Below, in pieces: positions 49,027-63,124 of a stretch of DNA of 64,000 nucleotides. Within the stretch, counting starts at the first letter, position 1; every line of letters begins with the position of its first letter. This DNA is from Lingula anatina (lineage: Eukaryota > Animalia > Brachiopoda), in contig CM120649.1 of the NCBI GenBank assembly GCA_051362555.1, positions 14,446,001 through 14,510,000 of the forward strand, in the 5' to 3' direction. The notes below the pieces were generated by a model. The model was not told where the DNA came from. It saw only the letters and a program-made list of their open reading frames with translations, and searched no databases. The position numbers were made by a program, and so were the translations under genes.

Positions 49027-52000
49027 GTGAGTTAAAATATTTAGATAAATGAATTGTTTGATTTTATCTCTCTTTCTTTCTCCTTTTCTTTCTTTAAATT
49101 TGTTCCTTAATTCTCTCTCAATCTCTATTGTCTTCCCTTCTTCCATCCCTCCTCCTTTCTTCCTTCTTTCCTTCCTTCCATTTTGCATGCTATCATAAAC
49201 TTATAACATAATCTTTGTTTGTTCTTTAACTTTTATCGTATCTAACTCATAACTATTGTTATCTTTTTTATGATTTTGGATTTATCAAATATGGTTATCT
49301 GATATAGCGCTAGTTTGTTTAACGGTGGACTTTGGCACTGTCAGTGTCTCAGTAGTTAAGAAGGATGTCACCAGAGGGCAAAGATACAGGAGATCATGCA
49401 TGCAAAATAGGAATGAGAAATCTTGAAAGAATAGAAATTTGGTAAGTACAAAGTTAACTTTACGGTTAAGTAATAAGTAACCCCATATCAGAACCAAAAG
49501 TGTGCAAAGTATTTAAAAAATAAATATTATATATTTGTTGAAAGTTTAACACCTTGACAGTCTCTTACTGGACATAATACAATGTAGCTTGTCTGTTGGT
49601 AAGAAACTGGTATATAATCAGTGATGACTTTGCAGACACTCAAATTTTAATTGTCATGTCATTTTTTTCTCAAAAGATTAAATTGCTTTCTATGTCAGTG
49701 TATGCCTTTCTGTTGGGTGTTTTGCATAGTAGTCATCTTGCCTGTTGCAATAAATAGGAAGCAGTTGATAAGAGATCTGTTTTTTTGAGCATGTAAAAAA
49801 AAAAGGAAAGCAGTGTAATAAACATGTGACATGGCTTTAATAATAGCAAAGATCGGGTTTCAATAAGACTGAAAAAACACATGACTTTGTGTCTCTTTTT
49901 TGTGAAAATTAGATCCTATCTAGTAATGCTGTTACTTTTAATAGTGCAGAGTAAATGTAATGAACATTTTGTATCCAGGCTATATGACATGATCATGGGA
50001 AGAATGGCCCCCAAATAAGCATAGTAATCACCACATCCAATACATGATAAGACAATGAAATGTATCACAATATGTGATAACCACTGGGGCCCAGGATGAT
50101 GTATTTGTATGGTAATCTGAGGACACGGCCCAGGATAAGGATAGGATTGAGCCAGGGAACAAATCACTAGGGCAAATCATAGGTGATAACTTTGATCAAT
50201 CAGTTGCTCATAGCAGTGTCTGTCACTATATCACTAGTAGCAGTCATGTGTGGAATAATCATGGTCTAACCTGTGATGGAAATGGTGGGAATTGTTGACC
50301 AAATGAACAAATTATAATTATTATAATAATTATTAAAACTGAGGCTGATACTGCTGTAGGATTATGAGATGTCTTCCTATGTCAGCACTTGCAGTAGAGA
50401 AGGTTTAGTAAGAAATGGTAGTGAGGTATCAGTGCTGTTCAGGTGAGTCAGATAATAATCAAGTGTCCATTTAAATTGGGGATTATTGGTCACAATCAAT
50501 ATACCCATGTCCTTCTTGTTATAAAACTGGCACAGTGTTTCAAGTACATAATTAATTGATCTAACTAACTGGCCTCTTTTGTGAACAGGATGGATTAAAA
50601 TTTTGGTCTTCAAGTTTAGAACCAGCTTTTGGTTTAAATTGTTCTTGTGGAATGGACCACAATCAATTCTTTTAATTCAGGTAGACTGTACAATAATTGG
50701 GTTATCATGTTATTAATTTTATCAGCCAGATTCATGCTGCTGCCAGTTAGATGCACAATGTAGTACTGCATGGTTCATGTATTTGATGATGAATTAAGCC
50801 TGTAATGTAACCTTTTAGGTAGCGTGTCAAGTGCACAGAGAAATTCATACTTGCCTTTTTTATATTTGTAATGGTCAGTATGTTTAATTTGTTTGAATGA
50901 TATTAAGCATTATGTTTAACTGTTAATTTAAACTGAATTTAGTAGGAACTGATCAGCAGAAGCAGTAGTAGTGGTAGAATTTTATATTTTGAAGAGATTA
51001 ATCTAGACTACCCTTATTTTACCAAAAAAGTGAATTGAAACCACCAGGACATCACCAGTGGTGCCTGACACACATTGTTTCTCATGTTTGAATGTCATTA
51101 TGTGACACGTGTAGAAAAATATGTCAAAGGTGATGTTACTTCATACTGTTACACATTACTTGTCAATGATTGGTTCATTATTAACCAGTCATGACCCATT
51201 TCCACAGGCAATGCAGAATATATGACTGACATGAGGCGCAACTAAGTGCAAAGTTTATTTTTAGTAGACGTGACACAAATTTGATTTATTATAATGCTGT
51301 GATGAGATATTTTGAAAAAAAACTTGAAGATTAAAGCAAGTTTTAGATTTTTTTCTAGAGTCTTAACCGATTCAAGAGTAGGATCAAAGTCATGTTGAAG
51401 TTCAATCTGTTTTATAAATCTGAAATTTATCTTGCTTTTAGTAAAGAATAATTATTTAAAATAAAATTTAATTTTGACTTTCATATATATTTATGCAGCA
51501 GTTTAAAGAATTGTTCATTTAAAATGTGTAATTGCAGAAGATTAATTATATATTTTGAAGTAAGTTCTCCATGATATAGAGATATATGTTCCTTTAGTCT
51601 GCATTAACCTTTCATTTGATGATCATTTTATTTAGTGTTATGTCAGTATATTAGGGGTGATTGTATGTCTTCATGTACAATTTTCTTTCACCAGGTGTTG
51701 ACAATTTTTACATATATATATAATTCTATGAGAAATTGAGAGTTGGCATTTCTCCAAAATTTCATGGCAAGACAAAAACTTTTTCAGTTAAGTCAGAAAG
51801 GAAAGAGTGAATTAATTGTGCATACAGTACATTAAGATATATTTATCTGAACTTTTATAACATTTAAATGCGTCAAATAACCAGTTAAACCAGTTGACTT
51901 TCTCTGCTGCTTCAGAGCAGTGTATATATAAATTGCTCATTGTACATCGATCCAATCCAATCCAAGGGATGCACATGCAACCTGTGCATACGTGCATGGC

Positions 52001-52275
52001 CTGATCATGACAAGTTCAATGTCATACAGTTATGTAACTAACAACCAGCTGGTCACATCATATAATATATGTTTAAGCCTGTCCTTGATTCCCCTGCAGT
52101 TTACAGAATTGATAAAATTTGTGATTTTAAATGATTACACATCCTGTATCTCAGTTCTTCTTGATATTGGAATGAGATAAGACAAGATTTTAGAGATGTC
52201 CTTTAAAAGAGCATTCTGCTTTCACTGAGTGATCATTCTGTATACTCACTGGGGTCAGCTGGTCAAGGGTTCAGG

Positions 52276-52346
<71 letters not shown>

Positions 52347-53709
52347 ATCTTGTTGCTGGGTGCACGTGTGCCCATACTAGTGGGTTAATTGGGGTAGTAC
52401 GTGACAGCGTTCAGAATTAAACATCATAAAGCAGCTGGATTGATCCAACTCAGTAGGATTTTTTATCGTTAAAGTATATTCATTGTAATCTGCACCTTAT
52501 TGGTTGATTTGCCTGACATTGAGTTTATAACTAGTTATAATTGGTTAAGTACCCCATAGCAGCTCGAGGGTGTACGTCCTGTCAGACACTCAAGCCGATT
52601 ACAGTGATTGCACTTTGAGAGTATCTCCTACAGAGTTGGATCATTCTAGCTAGCATGATAGGTTTATCTGAACACTCCCATATACTATAGTATGCAAGCT
52701 GGAATTGCGTACTGCACGTAAGATATTCCATAAATGGATTTAAATTTAATATGATACATTTTTAATATGTTAGATTTCAAGATAACCAGCAATTTGACAA
52801 ATATAATTGAAAATAATTATAGTCCTCCTTAAAAAGCTTACTAATTTTTTCCTTTACTTTTCATTATAGGTGTTACTGATAGTGTACCAGTAGCCTCAGA
52901 TATATAATTAACTCAGTCGGTTCCAGTATGGCTAGAGTTTCAAGTCAGCACATAACTCATACTCGGCCTCTCAAAAATATAGAGAAATGGATAATTTTAG
53001 AAAAAAATATTATTGAATTTAATTAGCAGATTGAATGCCTTATTCTGCTGGAGTCACATGCTGCTCTATCCAGGTATCTGTAACCTTGCACAGACTATGA
53101 ACAGGTCCCTTAGAAAAATGAAAAGTTTGCAGCGACAAGTTTGCAAGAAAAATTTTATTGCTGCTGATTTGCAGCCATATTGCAGCAAATTTGCAGCAGG
53201 CCTTATATTTTGCTAAGCAAAGTTATGCACTCTTGAATAAACCTGGTTGTGCTTTTTGAAGAGCTAAAAAAAATATTTGACATGTAATTTCAAACTTGCC
53301 AGCACCTTTGGTTTCTGTGACCTACTTCAGCATACATACATACTAGTAACAGTCTCTGCACTTGTTTATACTTCCTTTCTTACTGTATTATATTAAAGAT
53401 AGAGATCCTTTAGAAATACATGGCACAAATCTAAACATTTACAGTGTGTTACATTTGGGAAGCTAAGAAGTCAATCACTAAGGAGTCAGACTAAATCAGT
53501 TTTCATGGATTCTTCAGTACTTCTACTTACTAGGTAAGATACACAGTTATTATAGACAGTATATTTATTTCATACTATAGGCACTGTATTCATATTGGGG
53601 CTAACTTAATGTGAGGCTGTTTTTAGTCTAAAAAGGCCTGATTCTAAACACAGTCATAATAGTCATACCCTAATTGCATTGCATGTTACTGCACTTCCCC
53701 TCTCCCCAC

Positions 53710-53746
<37 letters not shown>

Positions 53747-54459
53747 TCTCTCTCACTGAGTTTACATGTGTGTGTATATGTGCACAAACATGTGATGTCA
53801 GAAGCAGCCAAAAAAGGGTCCATTTTGTTAGATGATAGATAATATGTAGATTAAGTTTTTTATTCAAGGTCACAAGCAGTCTAACTCAGAACCCAGATCA
53901 TCTTAGTGCTTACTTATATGTCTGACCTACTCCTCTGTGATGGCAAGTAAGTTATATAGTTAATAAATAACCAGTGGAGTGTCTATAGGAGCATCTATAT
54001 AGCTACCTGATAAACAATTTGAGACACTGTCTCAGAGCTGGTCAGTTGTTATAAAACAGACTTTGAAGATTGTAAAATCCCCAGTCAGATAGATACCCTG
54101 AGCTGGATTGGCCTGGAATATACTGCAGTCGTCTAAAGAAATACAGAAATACAGTACATGTAGGTACATATGTGCAGGGAACAGTCTGTCAGTTTTATAA
54201 CCATTATACACTGATGAATATTGGCATAAATGTCGGATGTTGGGTGTCGGTCTAGGAGCTAAGATATGATCCAGGCTCGATCCTTGCTGAATGCAGGGGT
54301 CTGAACTTTGGAGTGTGGGGGTTGATAAATTTTCACTGTCGTTATTTTTAATTACTGGTGTAATAATAGTTATTTGTAAAACTCCTTGCTTGCACATGGC
54401 TGCGTGCTGATCACAATACTAGTATAGATTTCCATTTACACACGCGTGCGCGCGCGCGT

Positions 54460-54505
<46 letters not shown>

Positions 54506-57500
54506 TCATTTGCACAGGCAGTCATTCAGACTATCACACTCACACAGGAGGTGACTTTAAATTCTGTATATAATGATCATCAAATTTTTAAACTTTTCCA
54601 AGAGTGTAAAATTAACATGATTTTTTATTGGAAAGAGAAAATGCGAACCTATTTAATAATGATAATAGTAATAATAATAGTGATAATTTATTTAGCTAAT
54701 ATATAATCCATTTAACTAATCTATAATTCTATATGTAAGTGACACTGATATCATTACGAGCACTTGAAATAATCACATTAGCAAATGACATGTTAGAGAT
54801 ATAAATATAAACAACTAATAAAAAAATTTAATTTATTAGTTAGATTCTTATATGGGGAAGATGATATTCACATACAGTATATATACAAATACTATAATAT
54901 ACAGTCAGTGACCTATTCTGCAGTGATATCAGATTGTACTGATATGACCTAACTGGTGCACCTGTCTGCCAAATATCTTACTATTGTCATATGTGGTAAA
55001 CATGTTTATAAATATATCCACCTTAGACAGGCGGGTAAATAAAAAACATCCCAATATCAGCTTTGTTGTTGTTGCCTTTTTATTGCGTTGGAATCAAACT
55101 GAGAAGGCAAAGATTTACATGTTTGTATGTTACTATAATTTTCTCATATTTATAATGGCACATTTCGTTTCTTTCAGGAAGATGACATCGGAAGAGGACA
55201 CAGCAAAAGGCTTGGGGACACCCTCTTCTGATTCTGATGTAGAGAAAGACTTGGATGAACCAGAGGTGGAATTTGTTGTGCATAGACCTCTAAATGGCCA
55301 GATGGAAGATGGCCCCAGCAACGGGGGCACTGGAGTTGTTACGAGTTCCCCTATTAAATATCTCAGTCGAGAAGTTTTGTTACAGGAGAATGAATTGCAG
55401 GCAGCTAACTCATTGTCAAATTCGGTGGAGTCTAGCGCTGTCAGAGTTACAGTAAGTTTTATATATGTGTGTGTGTCTTCGTGTATGTGTGTGTGTATGT
55501 GTGTGTGCGCGTGCATGTGCACATGGTCAGAATACCTGTCAGCTTAATATCAACTCAATGTTATATCTCAGAAGCCTCCTAAAAAAGAATGAGTGAATAA
55601 ATGAGTGGATGAATGAATGAATAAGAAAAAAAGAAATAGAAAACAAAGCAATACCTATAAACAGCATTTCTTAACTATATTATTATTATTTATTTATTTA
55701 TTTATTTATTTTGCATTTTAGTTCAGAAAACCTCTAGGCCCACTTCTTACTGCAAGGATACCTTGTAACTCGTTGAAACCTATAAATTACACAGAATCTC
55801 TGCACTCAGATATAGAGGGCAGTAGTGACTCCTGCAAGACATGGAGGACCACAGTATGAGTTTTTGAATTGCCCCCTTCTCCACCCCCCCCCCAAAAAAA
55901 GAAAATTATTATAGCCTCTGATTAAAATAAAATCAAAAAATTTCCCTTCAACGTACCTTACTTGATACAGTAAAATTGTCCCCATGAGCTTTATTATCCC
56001 ATATTAGCCAATTGAAGCAAAGTAGAAGTATTTTCGTTGTTGCTACCCCATAGCTCTTTTAGTGAAGTCATTTATCCTGCAGTTTTCACCTCTTAGCTGC
56101 TCACCTGAAAATGTTTGCTTCTTTTTAAACTACAAAATAGGCTACCAATTTCATCTCCCTGATTCACTTTGTTTAATATATGATTTTAACTAAAATAATA
56201 TATCATTTATTTTGAATAGTTCAAATCCATTTAATAATTTTAATAAAAAAATTAGCTGAAACTTTGTTAGAAATGTCGGTCTATGTTTTCTCAAAAGATA
56301 ACATATATACATCTTTAAAGAAGATGAAGGTTGCAATGTATGCCCCCCCCCCCAGTATATTACCCATTTGCCAGTTGTGTGATAGGACCAATCAAATCAG
56401 CTTCATTGATGTCAATTTAGCTTTGTCCATGGATGAATCATCTTCTCATTTTTACAATTATCTCCAAATTCAAGTAGGGAGTATACTATTTATTAGCGTT
56501 TACTCCCCTACATACTGTGTTCCATAATGTTCATGTTGCTGCAGGAAACTTTTTATTTTCAGCATCACTTTACATATACACAGTTTGCATTGTTTTGGTG
56601 TTTTTACGTCATCCATATTTGTCTCATTCCAGATCACAGACCTAGACGGCTGGGAAGGACAGAGCTTGAATTTCACCACCTCTGCACTGAAGAGGTGCAA
56701 GTCGGTGGTCTTACAGCCATACTTCAGACTGCTTACCTTTGTGAGTTATCTCTTGTTCTAATGCTTAATACTGATTTAGCATTAAGTTAAACTATTTATC
56801 TCTTTTAGAACTAAGCATGGATGAAAGATGGACATTTATTTTATAAAACTGTTTTTAAAAAGTCCTCGAAATTTCAGTCTCTGCCAGCACAACGAGGCAC
56901 ATCCAGTCACAATACCTATATCACACCTAACACAATCTGAACTTTAATTGGCATTCGTAGATAATGTATTTCTTTTCTTTAGATGGTACCACTATTTTTG
57001 AGTCTCCTCTAAAGGTTGAATTTTGCAGTGATTGGTCTTGTTTCCCCCTGTTTGTTTTCTGCTCCTATTCTACATATAATAGGTTGTCAGCTCCCACTGA
57101 CTATCAAGGGGATTAATAGTCAAAAAAGCATTTTCCATATCCTTCCAGGACTTCATTTTGCATCTTCGGTACATTGTTTGTTACAAAATAGGTTCTTCTT
57201 GTTATTTGGTTTGAGTAACAACTTCTCCTATTTTTCATCTTTTTATTTTCATTCACAGATAAGTTGGAGGCCCTTTGGTAAAGAGTCTATCACTCCTCAG
57301 AGACTGGGCTGGGATCTGCTAAATTTCATATACCCTGTAACTGTGGTGCTGCTGTTACTGTATACGTATGTATATGAAGTGGTATCATGTCAATGGAAAC
57401 TCAATGTTAGGACAGACACGAGGGTAACAAATTCAGTTTCTTTCACAATGTTCCATTGTTGCACAATACTTTTTTTGTATGAAGAAGTAATTTTTATCAA

Positions 57501-60500
57501 AATGTGTAAATAAGATCTACCATGGGATCAAATACTAGTTGCAATATAATATATTGATCCTTTTCTACCTATACTTGTATTTAAAGTTCTCCATTACATT
57601 CAAAAATCAAAGTTTTGTGATACTGGCAACCTTTTCCTCTTTAAGCCTGTAGATATATTTGTTAGATCTTGGGCCTGGCAGGGCCAATAGGCATTAAACA
57701 TGTGGCACTGACTGATATTCTATAACCTATTTTCCTTTCCACTTTCCAGAGCATTACAGAGATTCCAATAGTTACAGCAATGACAGTGGTGCCAGCAGCA
57801 AAAATCATCAGTAACAATACAATAACATCATCATCAGGGGCAGTAACAATCCCCACTACTACAACAACGACTTTCAATCCGTATTTACCAGGGCCCCCTT
57901 ACGGACCTCACTCAGCATCAGGGAGCACTTTATCGCCAAAAAATAAGACATTAACTGATGGAGTTGGGATCCCAGATGTGAATGATGCTGTGTGTGAACA
58001 TATAATTACAACATATATTATACCAAATTTTCTGCATTTTGTTGCATTTGTTATGGGATATTTCTACTTTCGTATCCAAGACAACGAGCAACTGTATGCT
58101 TTGATGGAGAAGGTAAGAAAAATGAGTTATGTAACATTCTTTTTTTTTCTCTTGTTTAAATAGTGCAATTTAGCCATCTCTGTTTCAGCTTTGCTAAATG
58201 ATGTTATATATAATGACTCCAACATTTGATGGTTGATATGTATTTGAAACTTCTTTTTTAAAAGTACATATTGCAAGATATGATAACTTTTTTCAGAAAT
58301 GATTCTGATTTTAATGATATTTGTTTTTCTTTGTTTTTGGAAACTGCAGAAATGCTATCGAGAAAATTCCCCCAAAAAATTTTATAATGCAATATTGAAT
58401 TATGTTCAGTTTCTTCGTGTTTATTTCAGGTGTTTCTCCAAGCTGGCCCATCACAGGGCAAAGTGGCATCACAGTCAAATATGATCAAAAGACTGAGGTA
58501 GGGAATCTTATTAAGTGTTTATTTTATTTTATTTCTCAAATTTTTTGTGTTTTTAATTATGTTTTTATGCAGCACCACTTACCTGTTTCTTTTATCTATG
58601 GTGAATAAAGAAATGAAAAATTTCAATTTTTCTATACTTTTTTCTTTTATCTTTTTGTATTTCTTGTCTTATTTTATCTGCAGTCTAAGATTTTCACTCT
58701 TGGACAAAAAAGGTAATACATGGCAATCCATGACTTCTACTTACACATTGAAAAATTATATCTGTTTTGTTTCTGTATTTTGTTACAATATCTATAGGAG
58801 TAATATTTGTCTACTTATATCAGGTTATTCCTAGCTCTGGGTGCAGTGTGGGTGCTGGCAGTTGTGTTACAATATCCATACATGTCATATTTGTCTACTT
58901 ATATCAGGTTATTTCTAGCTCTGGGTGCAGTGTGGGTGCTGGCAGTTATGTTACAATATCCATACATGTCATATTTGTCTACTTATATCAGGTTATTTCT
59001 AGCTCTGGGTGCAGTGTGGGTGCTGGCAGTTATGTTACAATATCCATACATGTCATATTTGTCTACTTATATCAGGTTATTTCTAGCTCTGGGTGCAGTG
59101 TGGGTGCTGGCAGTTATGTTACAATATCCATACATGTCATATTTGTCTACTTATATCAGGTTATTTCTAGCTCTGGGTGCAGTGTGGGTGCTGGCAGTTA
59201 TGTTACAATATCCATACATGTCATATTTGTCTACTTATATCAGGTTATTTCTGGCTCTGGGTGCAGTGTGGGTGCTGGCAGTCATGGCTCTGCAGGTGCT
59301 CTTTGTGGCAGTGTTTGGAATTGACCAGAGAAATGTGCTGTCCAGGGCTGGGTGAGTGGTTGACATGTACTGGTACTACCCTGAAGTCAGGCTCAGTATA
59401 TCCCTCTCCCCTTTCCAACTCTCTCTCCCTCTCTCTTGTTCTTTTGCTCTGTCTCTCAATTAAATGAAAATAGTGAACAGTATTATAACAAGGGAAAACC
59501 TGCATTAATTAAGATTTGACATTTAATTTTAAAAATGGATCTTTTTAAGTCACTTGTCTGATAAAACTTGCAACAATTTGGGCAGTTAAGATTGATCTTT
59601 CACTGTTACTGTATTTTTTCTTTGGCCTTAAAATTTTGATTTCCACTGGTAGTTGCCTGAGTTTCACCTTATGCAAGAGACCACTACTCTGAAAATTTTT
59701 AGGCTTTTATGCAAAACTGTATAAGGTATCCATATTAGTCTGTTACTCCATTCTATTTCAGAACCCTGGGCCAGTGGATCCTGTTTGGCATCGAGCTGGT
59801 GGGAATAATTATTGTGAACTCTGTGAATCTTGCAGTGATAATAAACTTTGCTACACAGTGTGAAATGCTGATATTCTTCATCAAAGGAATCAGTACAAAA
59901 CTGCAGGAGAAATCCATGGATTTGAAGTCAGCTATGAAGGTTTGTTATAACATCTATTAATAAGTTGAATATTATGACTTTATCTTTTTTTTTTTTTTTT
60001 TTTTTTTTTTTTCTAAAGTATTGTTTACCTGTTCTTGTGGTTTAATTATTTTTATTTTTTCGTATCAAATGGCGGAGTTTTGTTTTTTTTAAATCAGGGA
60101 ATAATTGGCCAATATGTTTTTTTTTAATCAAAGCAATTTACATTTTGTTTTTAACAAATGTTTAATATGTTACATTAGTATTTGTTTTGATTTATTTGCA
60201 TGGTTTTGATAAAGTAAGCAAAGTGTTGGTATTCTCAGTCATTGTGCTGGTTGTGCTGTATCTCAACTAACACAGTCTGTGTACTTGAACTGTGAAAACT
60301 TTGGCACATCCAGACACAATGCTTTGTTTTATTTTATTCTACAAAACATTTTTCAAATTGCTTTGGAGCAGTGTGCAATTTTGCAATTTGAATTGACAGA
60401 TTTTTCATTAATTATTTTTATTCTTCATGTTTACAATCCTTTATCATAATCATACAAAATTTCAGTTGTTAGATAATGAAATCTTGTAGATGGATAGTTA

Positions 60501-60771
60501 ATATTAATTATATATAACATCTTCAGATTTTATATGCTCATTGCTGATTTCAAATCCAAGACAATTACATATTATGATAAAGATATTCAGCAAAGATGAA
60601 ATTTTTTATGCTTTTAATATTGCATAATCAAAAAGCAATCAATTTATTATTTAAATTGTGTAATCTTGCAGGATGTCCTGATGGTCAGACACTCCATAGG
60701 GTCACTGAATGGCCCCATGTCACAGATGACCTCTCTGGCCGCTATAAGATTTGCTGAACTGACTATCATTG
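48896..60771 (+). CDS. Multi-pass membrane protein, probably gustatory-receptor-like/7TMIC (GrlHz-type); spliced span, incomplete at the 3' end
   Basis: In-frame GT-AG exons 48896-49026, 55178-55451, 56633-56740, 57259-57423, 57750-58112, 58430-58497, 59244-59351, 59762-59939, 60672-60771; motifs CKSVVLQPYFRLLTFISWRP, YIIPNFLHF, DNEQLYALMEKVFL; several hydrophobic helices and a Thr-rich loop. The family call is from recollection only. Confidence 0.8.
55178..55451 (+). CDS. Membrane protein coding exon 2 (KMTSEED...AVRVT)
   Basis: cag/GTAAGT, 274 nt, open. Confidence 0.85.
56633..56740 (+). CDS. Membrane protein coding exon 3 (ITDLDGW...QPYFRLLTF)
   Basis: cag/GTGAGT, 108 nt. Confidence 0.88.
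57259..57423 (+). CDS. Membrane protein coding exon 4 (ISWRPF...first TM...RTDTR)
   Basis: cag/GTAACA, 165 nt. Confidence 0.88.
57750..58112 (+). CDS. Membrane protein coding exon 5 (Thr-rich loop, TM, NEQLYALMEK)
   Basis: cag/GTAAGA, 363 nt. Confidence 0.9.
58430..58497 (+). CDS. Membrane protein coding exon 6 (VFLQAG...MIKRL)
   Basis: cag/GTAGGG, 68 nt. Confidence 0.85.
58780..59282 (+). repeat. Tandem repeat, 84-bp unit x6, spanning an intron end and exon start
   Basis: CAG acceptors recur at 58821, 58905, 58989, 59073, 59157 and 59241; units are near-identical. Confidence 0.97.
59244..59351 (+). CDS. Membrane protein coding exon 7, minimal form (LFLALGAVWVLAVMALQVLFVAVFG...); five further in-frame acceptors lie upstream
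   Basis: cag/GTGAGT, 108 nt, phase 2-2. Confidence 0.85.
59762..59939 (+). CDS. Membrane protein coding exon 8 (TLGQWILFGIEL...NFATQCEML...AMK)
   Basis: cag/GTTTGT, 178 nt. Confidence 0.88.
60672..60771 (+). CDS. Membrane protein coding exon 9 (DVLMVRHSIGSLNG...LTII)
   Basis: cag/GTAAGT, 100 nt. Confidence 0.85.
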
Positions 60772-62957
60772 GTAAGTCTCAGAGTCCATTCCCCCCCCCC
60801 CCTTTATTTTGTTTAACTCATTTCTTTGCTTTTGTTTTCTGACAATATGCACTGATTCGTGTTTATTTTGTGAACGAGTGAGAATGCTGATATTGTTGAT
60901 GGCTTAAGATATTTGTGGATTCTTTTCAGTGCTGGTATTGCTTTTCTGTGGCTTCACTGGCATGTGTAGTGTTTATTTTCTTTAAAAAACCCTTATATGT
61001 CATTTTGATCAGCATGTTTGGGTGCTTGAAATAACTCTGTCTTTATAAGTAAAAAACTAGGTTAAAATTCCACACGTATTATTATCAGCAGGTATTGTTT
61101 GTTGTGTAGATAATTATTTTTAAAGTCATTTAAAAGTAGCTGAAAACTGCTTACTCACTGGCTTGAGGGAAAAAGTCATTATTTGTTTATATGAAAAAGA
61201 GTGTATGTAATTTTGTTACTCAATTGGTAATGGATGACTCGGGAAATTTACAAGTCTCGTAACCCAGTGACATTAAACAAATAACAGGGTTGCAATTAAG
61301 TTGATCCTTCTCAACTGTTTGATAAGTATAATGAATCGTAGGTGAATAAGAATAAAAATAATTACACTATGAACCTACACTTCCTTTATGTCAATGAACT
61401 GTATTTTTTCTTTTGTGAATGAAGTTTCCTTTCCATGTTTTCACAGTGGGCTAGAAGTTAAACAGTTGCGGTGAAAATCTTTAAAAATAATATTTATGTA
61501 CGTTTCTCACTTTTAACACTGAGGCATCGATCTGACTTCACGGTTGTTGTTGTATAGTTTTTGCTCTCAGTTTGTTTGGGTTATTTTCAGAAGGACGTGA
61601 CTCTAAGGTGATTATTATGTCTGTGATATGGCTGGTTCTTAGCTGGGTATCTATTATGATGTCTCATTATAAACTCCAATATCCAATACAGAACTGGTGA
61701 TATGGCTGGCTGTTTTAAGACTTGAAAACTTTGTCCACTTGCTTGAAATTTGTTGTGTTATGTGATCATTATCAACATTTTCAGAAGTTCAATTTTTTTT
61801 CAATTTTTTAAATCAGAAGCCATTTATTTTGCTTGGCCCTTTCACAGTAATTTCTTTGAATTAGTTATCTATATAATCTGTATCTTGTCTAAATACTACA
61901 AAATGTTATTTTGTCAGTGTCTACTTCTAGCCCTGAGTAATTTGATAATTATAATAAGACTAATAAAAATCTGCAGTGAGACTTAAATTGCTGTTTGTGT
62001 ATAATGTATGCTTCTACTACTAATAAAAAGTATACTTATTAGGTAGGACCTGTATTAAATATGTTATTTTGCACAGCTGAGTTCAGAGGCCACCAGGGGT
62101 CAGATGGGGTTGTCTTGGGAACAGACGTTCCCCTACACCTGTTATAACAAACAGTAATAACCCATTTACAGATCATTGCCTGCAATTAAAGTAATGTTTT
62201 CTATAAGTTCCATCTGTTCCCTTCATACATAACTTTTGTTAATTTCAAATGCATTACCACCATGTATTTTAATTTTCTCTGATATTTTTCTTTTTAGTGG
62301 AATGTGGTGGGTCTGAGACTTTCCCGAACAACCATTTTTATCTTTTACTATTTGTTTTATGTTTTATGAAGAATGATCGGTTAAATCACAAGATGTAGTT
62401 CTAAAATCATTTGCATAGTATGCTGCTTTCCAAATGGGATCACCTGGAGCAGCCAGATCCATGGCCATAACATTTCTTCCTACTCATCTCTTACAACCCA
62501 AAATCTTGTCTGAGTATAGAGATTGTCTCAGTGTATATGTACCAGAGTGTCTGTACACACAATACTGTTTATACAGCATATTGATTTATTCCTCCTTGAT
62601 GAGTTTTACTGACGTGATCGTGGTGAAGGTTTGCAGCATATTAGATGCCTAGAACTGTTGAAAACAATCGTAAATTGCTTGAGTGTTTAAGCAACCATGC
62701 AAAAAATGATAATTTATTGACTAGGTTATTTTTATATTTTCCTGCAGCAGTGAATGGTGTATAGTTGCAAGATACAGTAACAAGATAGTTGTTGACTTGT
62801 CTGACTTGGAGACTGCTTCAGAATGGGACACCACAATGTGTGACAGAGATCACTGGAAACTCTTTTATCAACATGTCCCTGGTATTTCTTGTGGTTTGAT
62901 CCTGAGACTGTATAATGGAGATAAGAAGAAGTGTGTGTGTGTGTGTGTGTGTGTGTG

Positions 62958-63124
62958 CAGGCCCGTAGCCAGGGGGGGGGGGGGGGGGTCGAAAGAACCG
63001 CCCTTTTTGATGGTAAAAGGTCCACTCTGGGTAAGATTTGATCTAGGTACGTTAAGTTTTAATGGGAAAAGGTTCGCTTTTTCAGAAAAAGAACCCCCCT
63101 TTTGTAATTGCTGGCTACGGGCTT

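Noticed and set aside
36551-54706. Many 60-130-aa ORFs containing HTHT, CVCV, LSLS or YIYI runs
   Set aside because: Translations of microsatellites and AT-rich intron sequence.
58780-59282. Regular repeats superficially like a CRISPR array
   Set aside because: No unique spacers, eukaryotic context and no cas genes; it is a plain tandem duplication.
58767-59324. 185-aa repeat ORF in a second frame (SSGCSVGAGSYVTISIHV...)
   Set aside because: By-product of a stop-free 84-bp tandem repeat; not the frame of the spliced gene.
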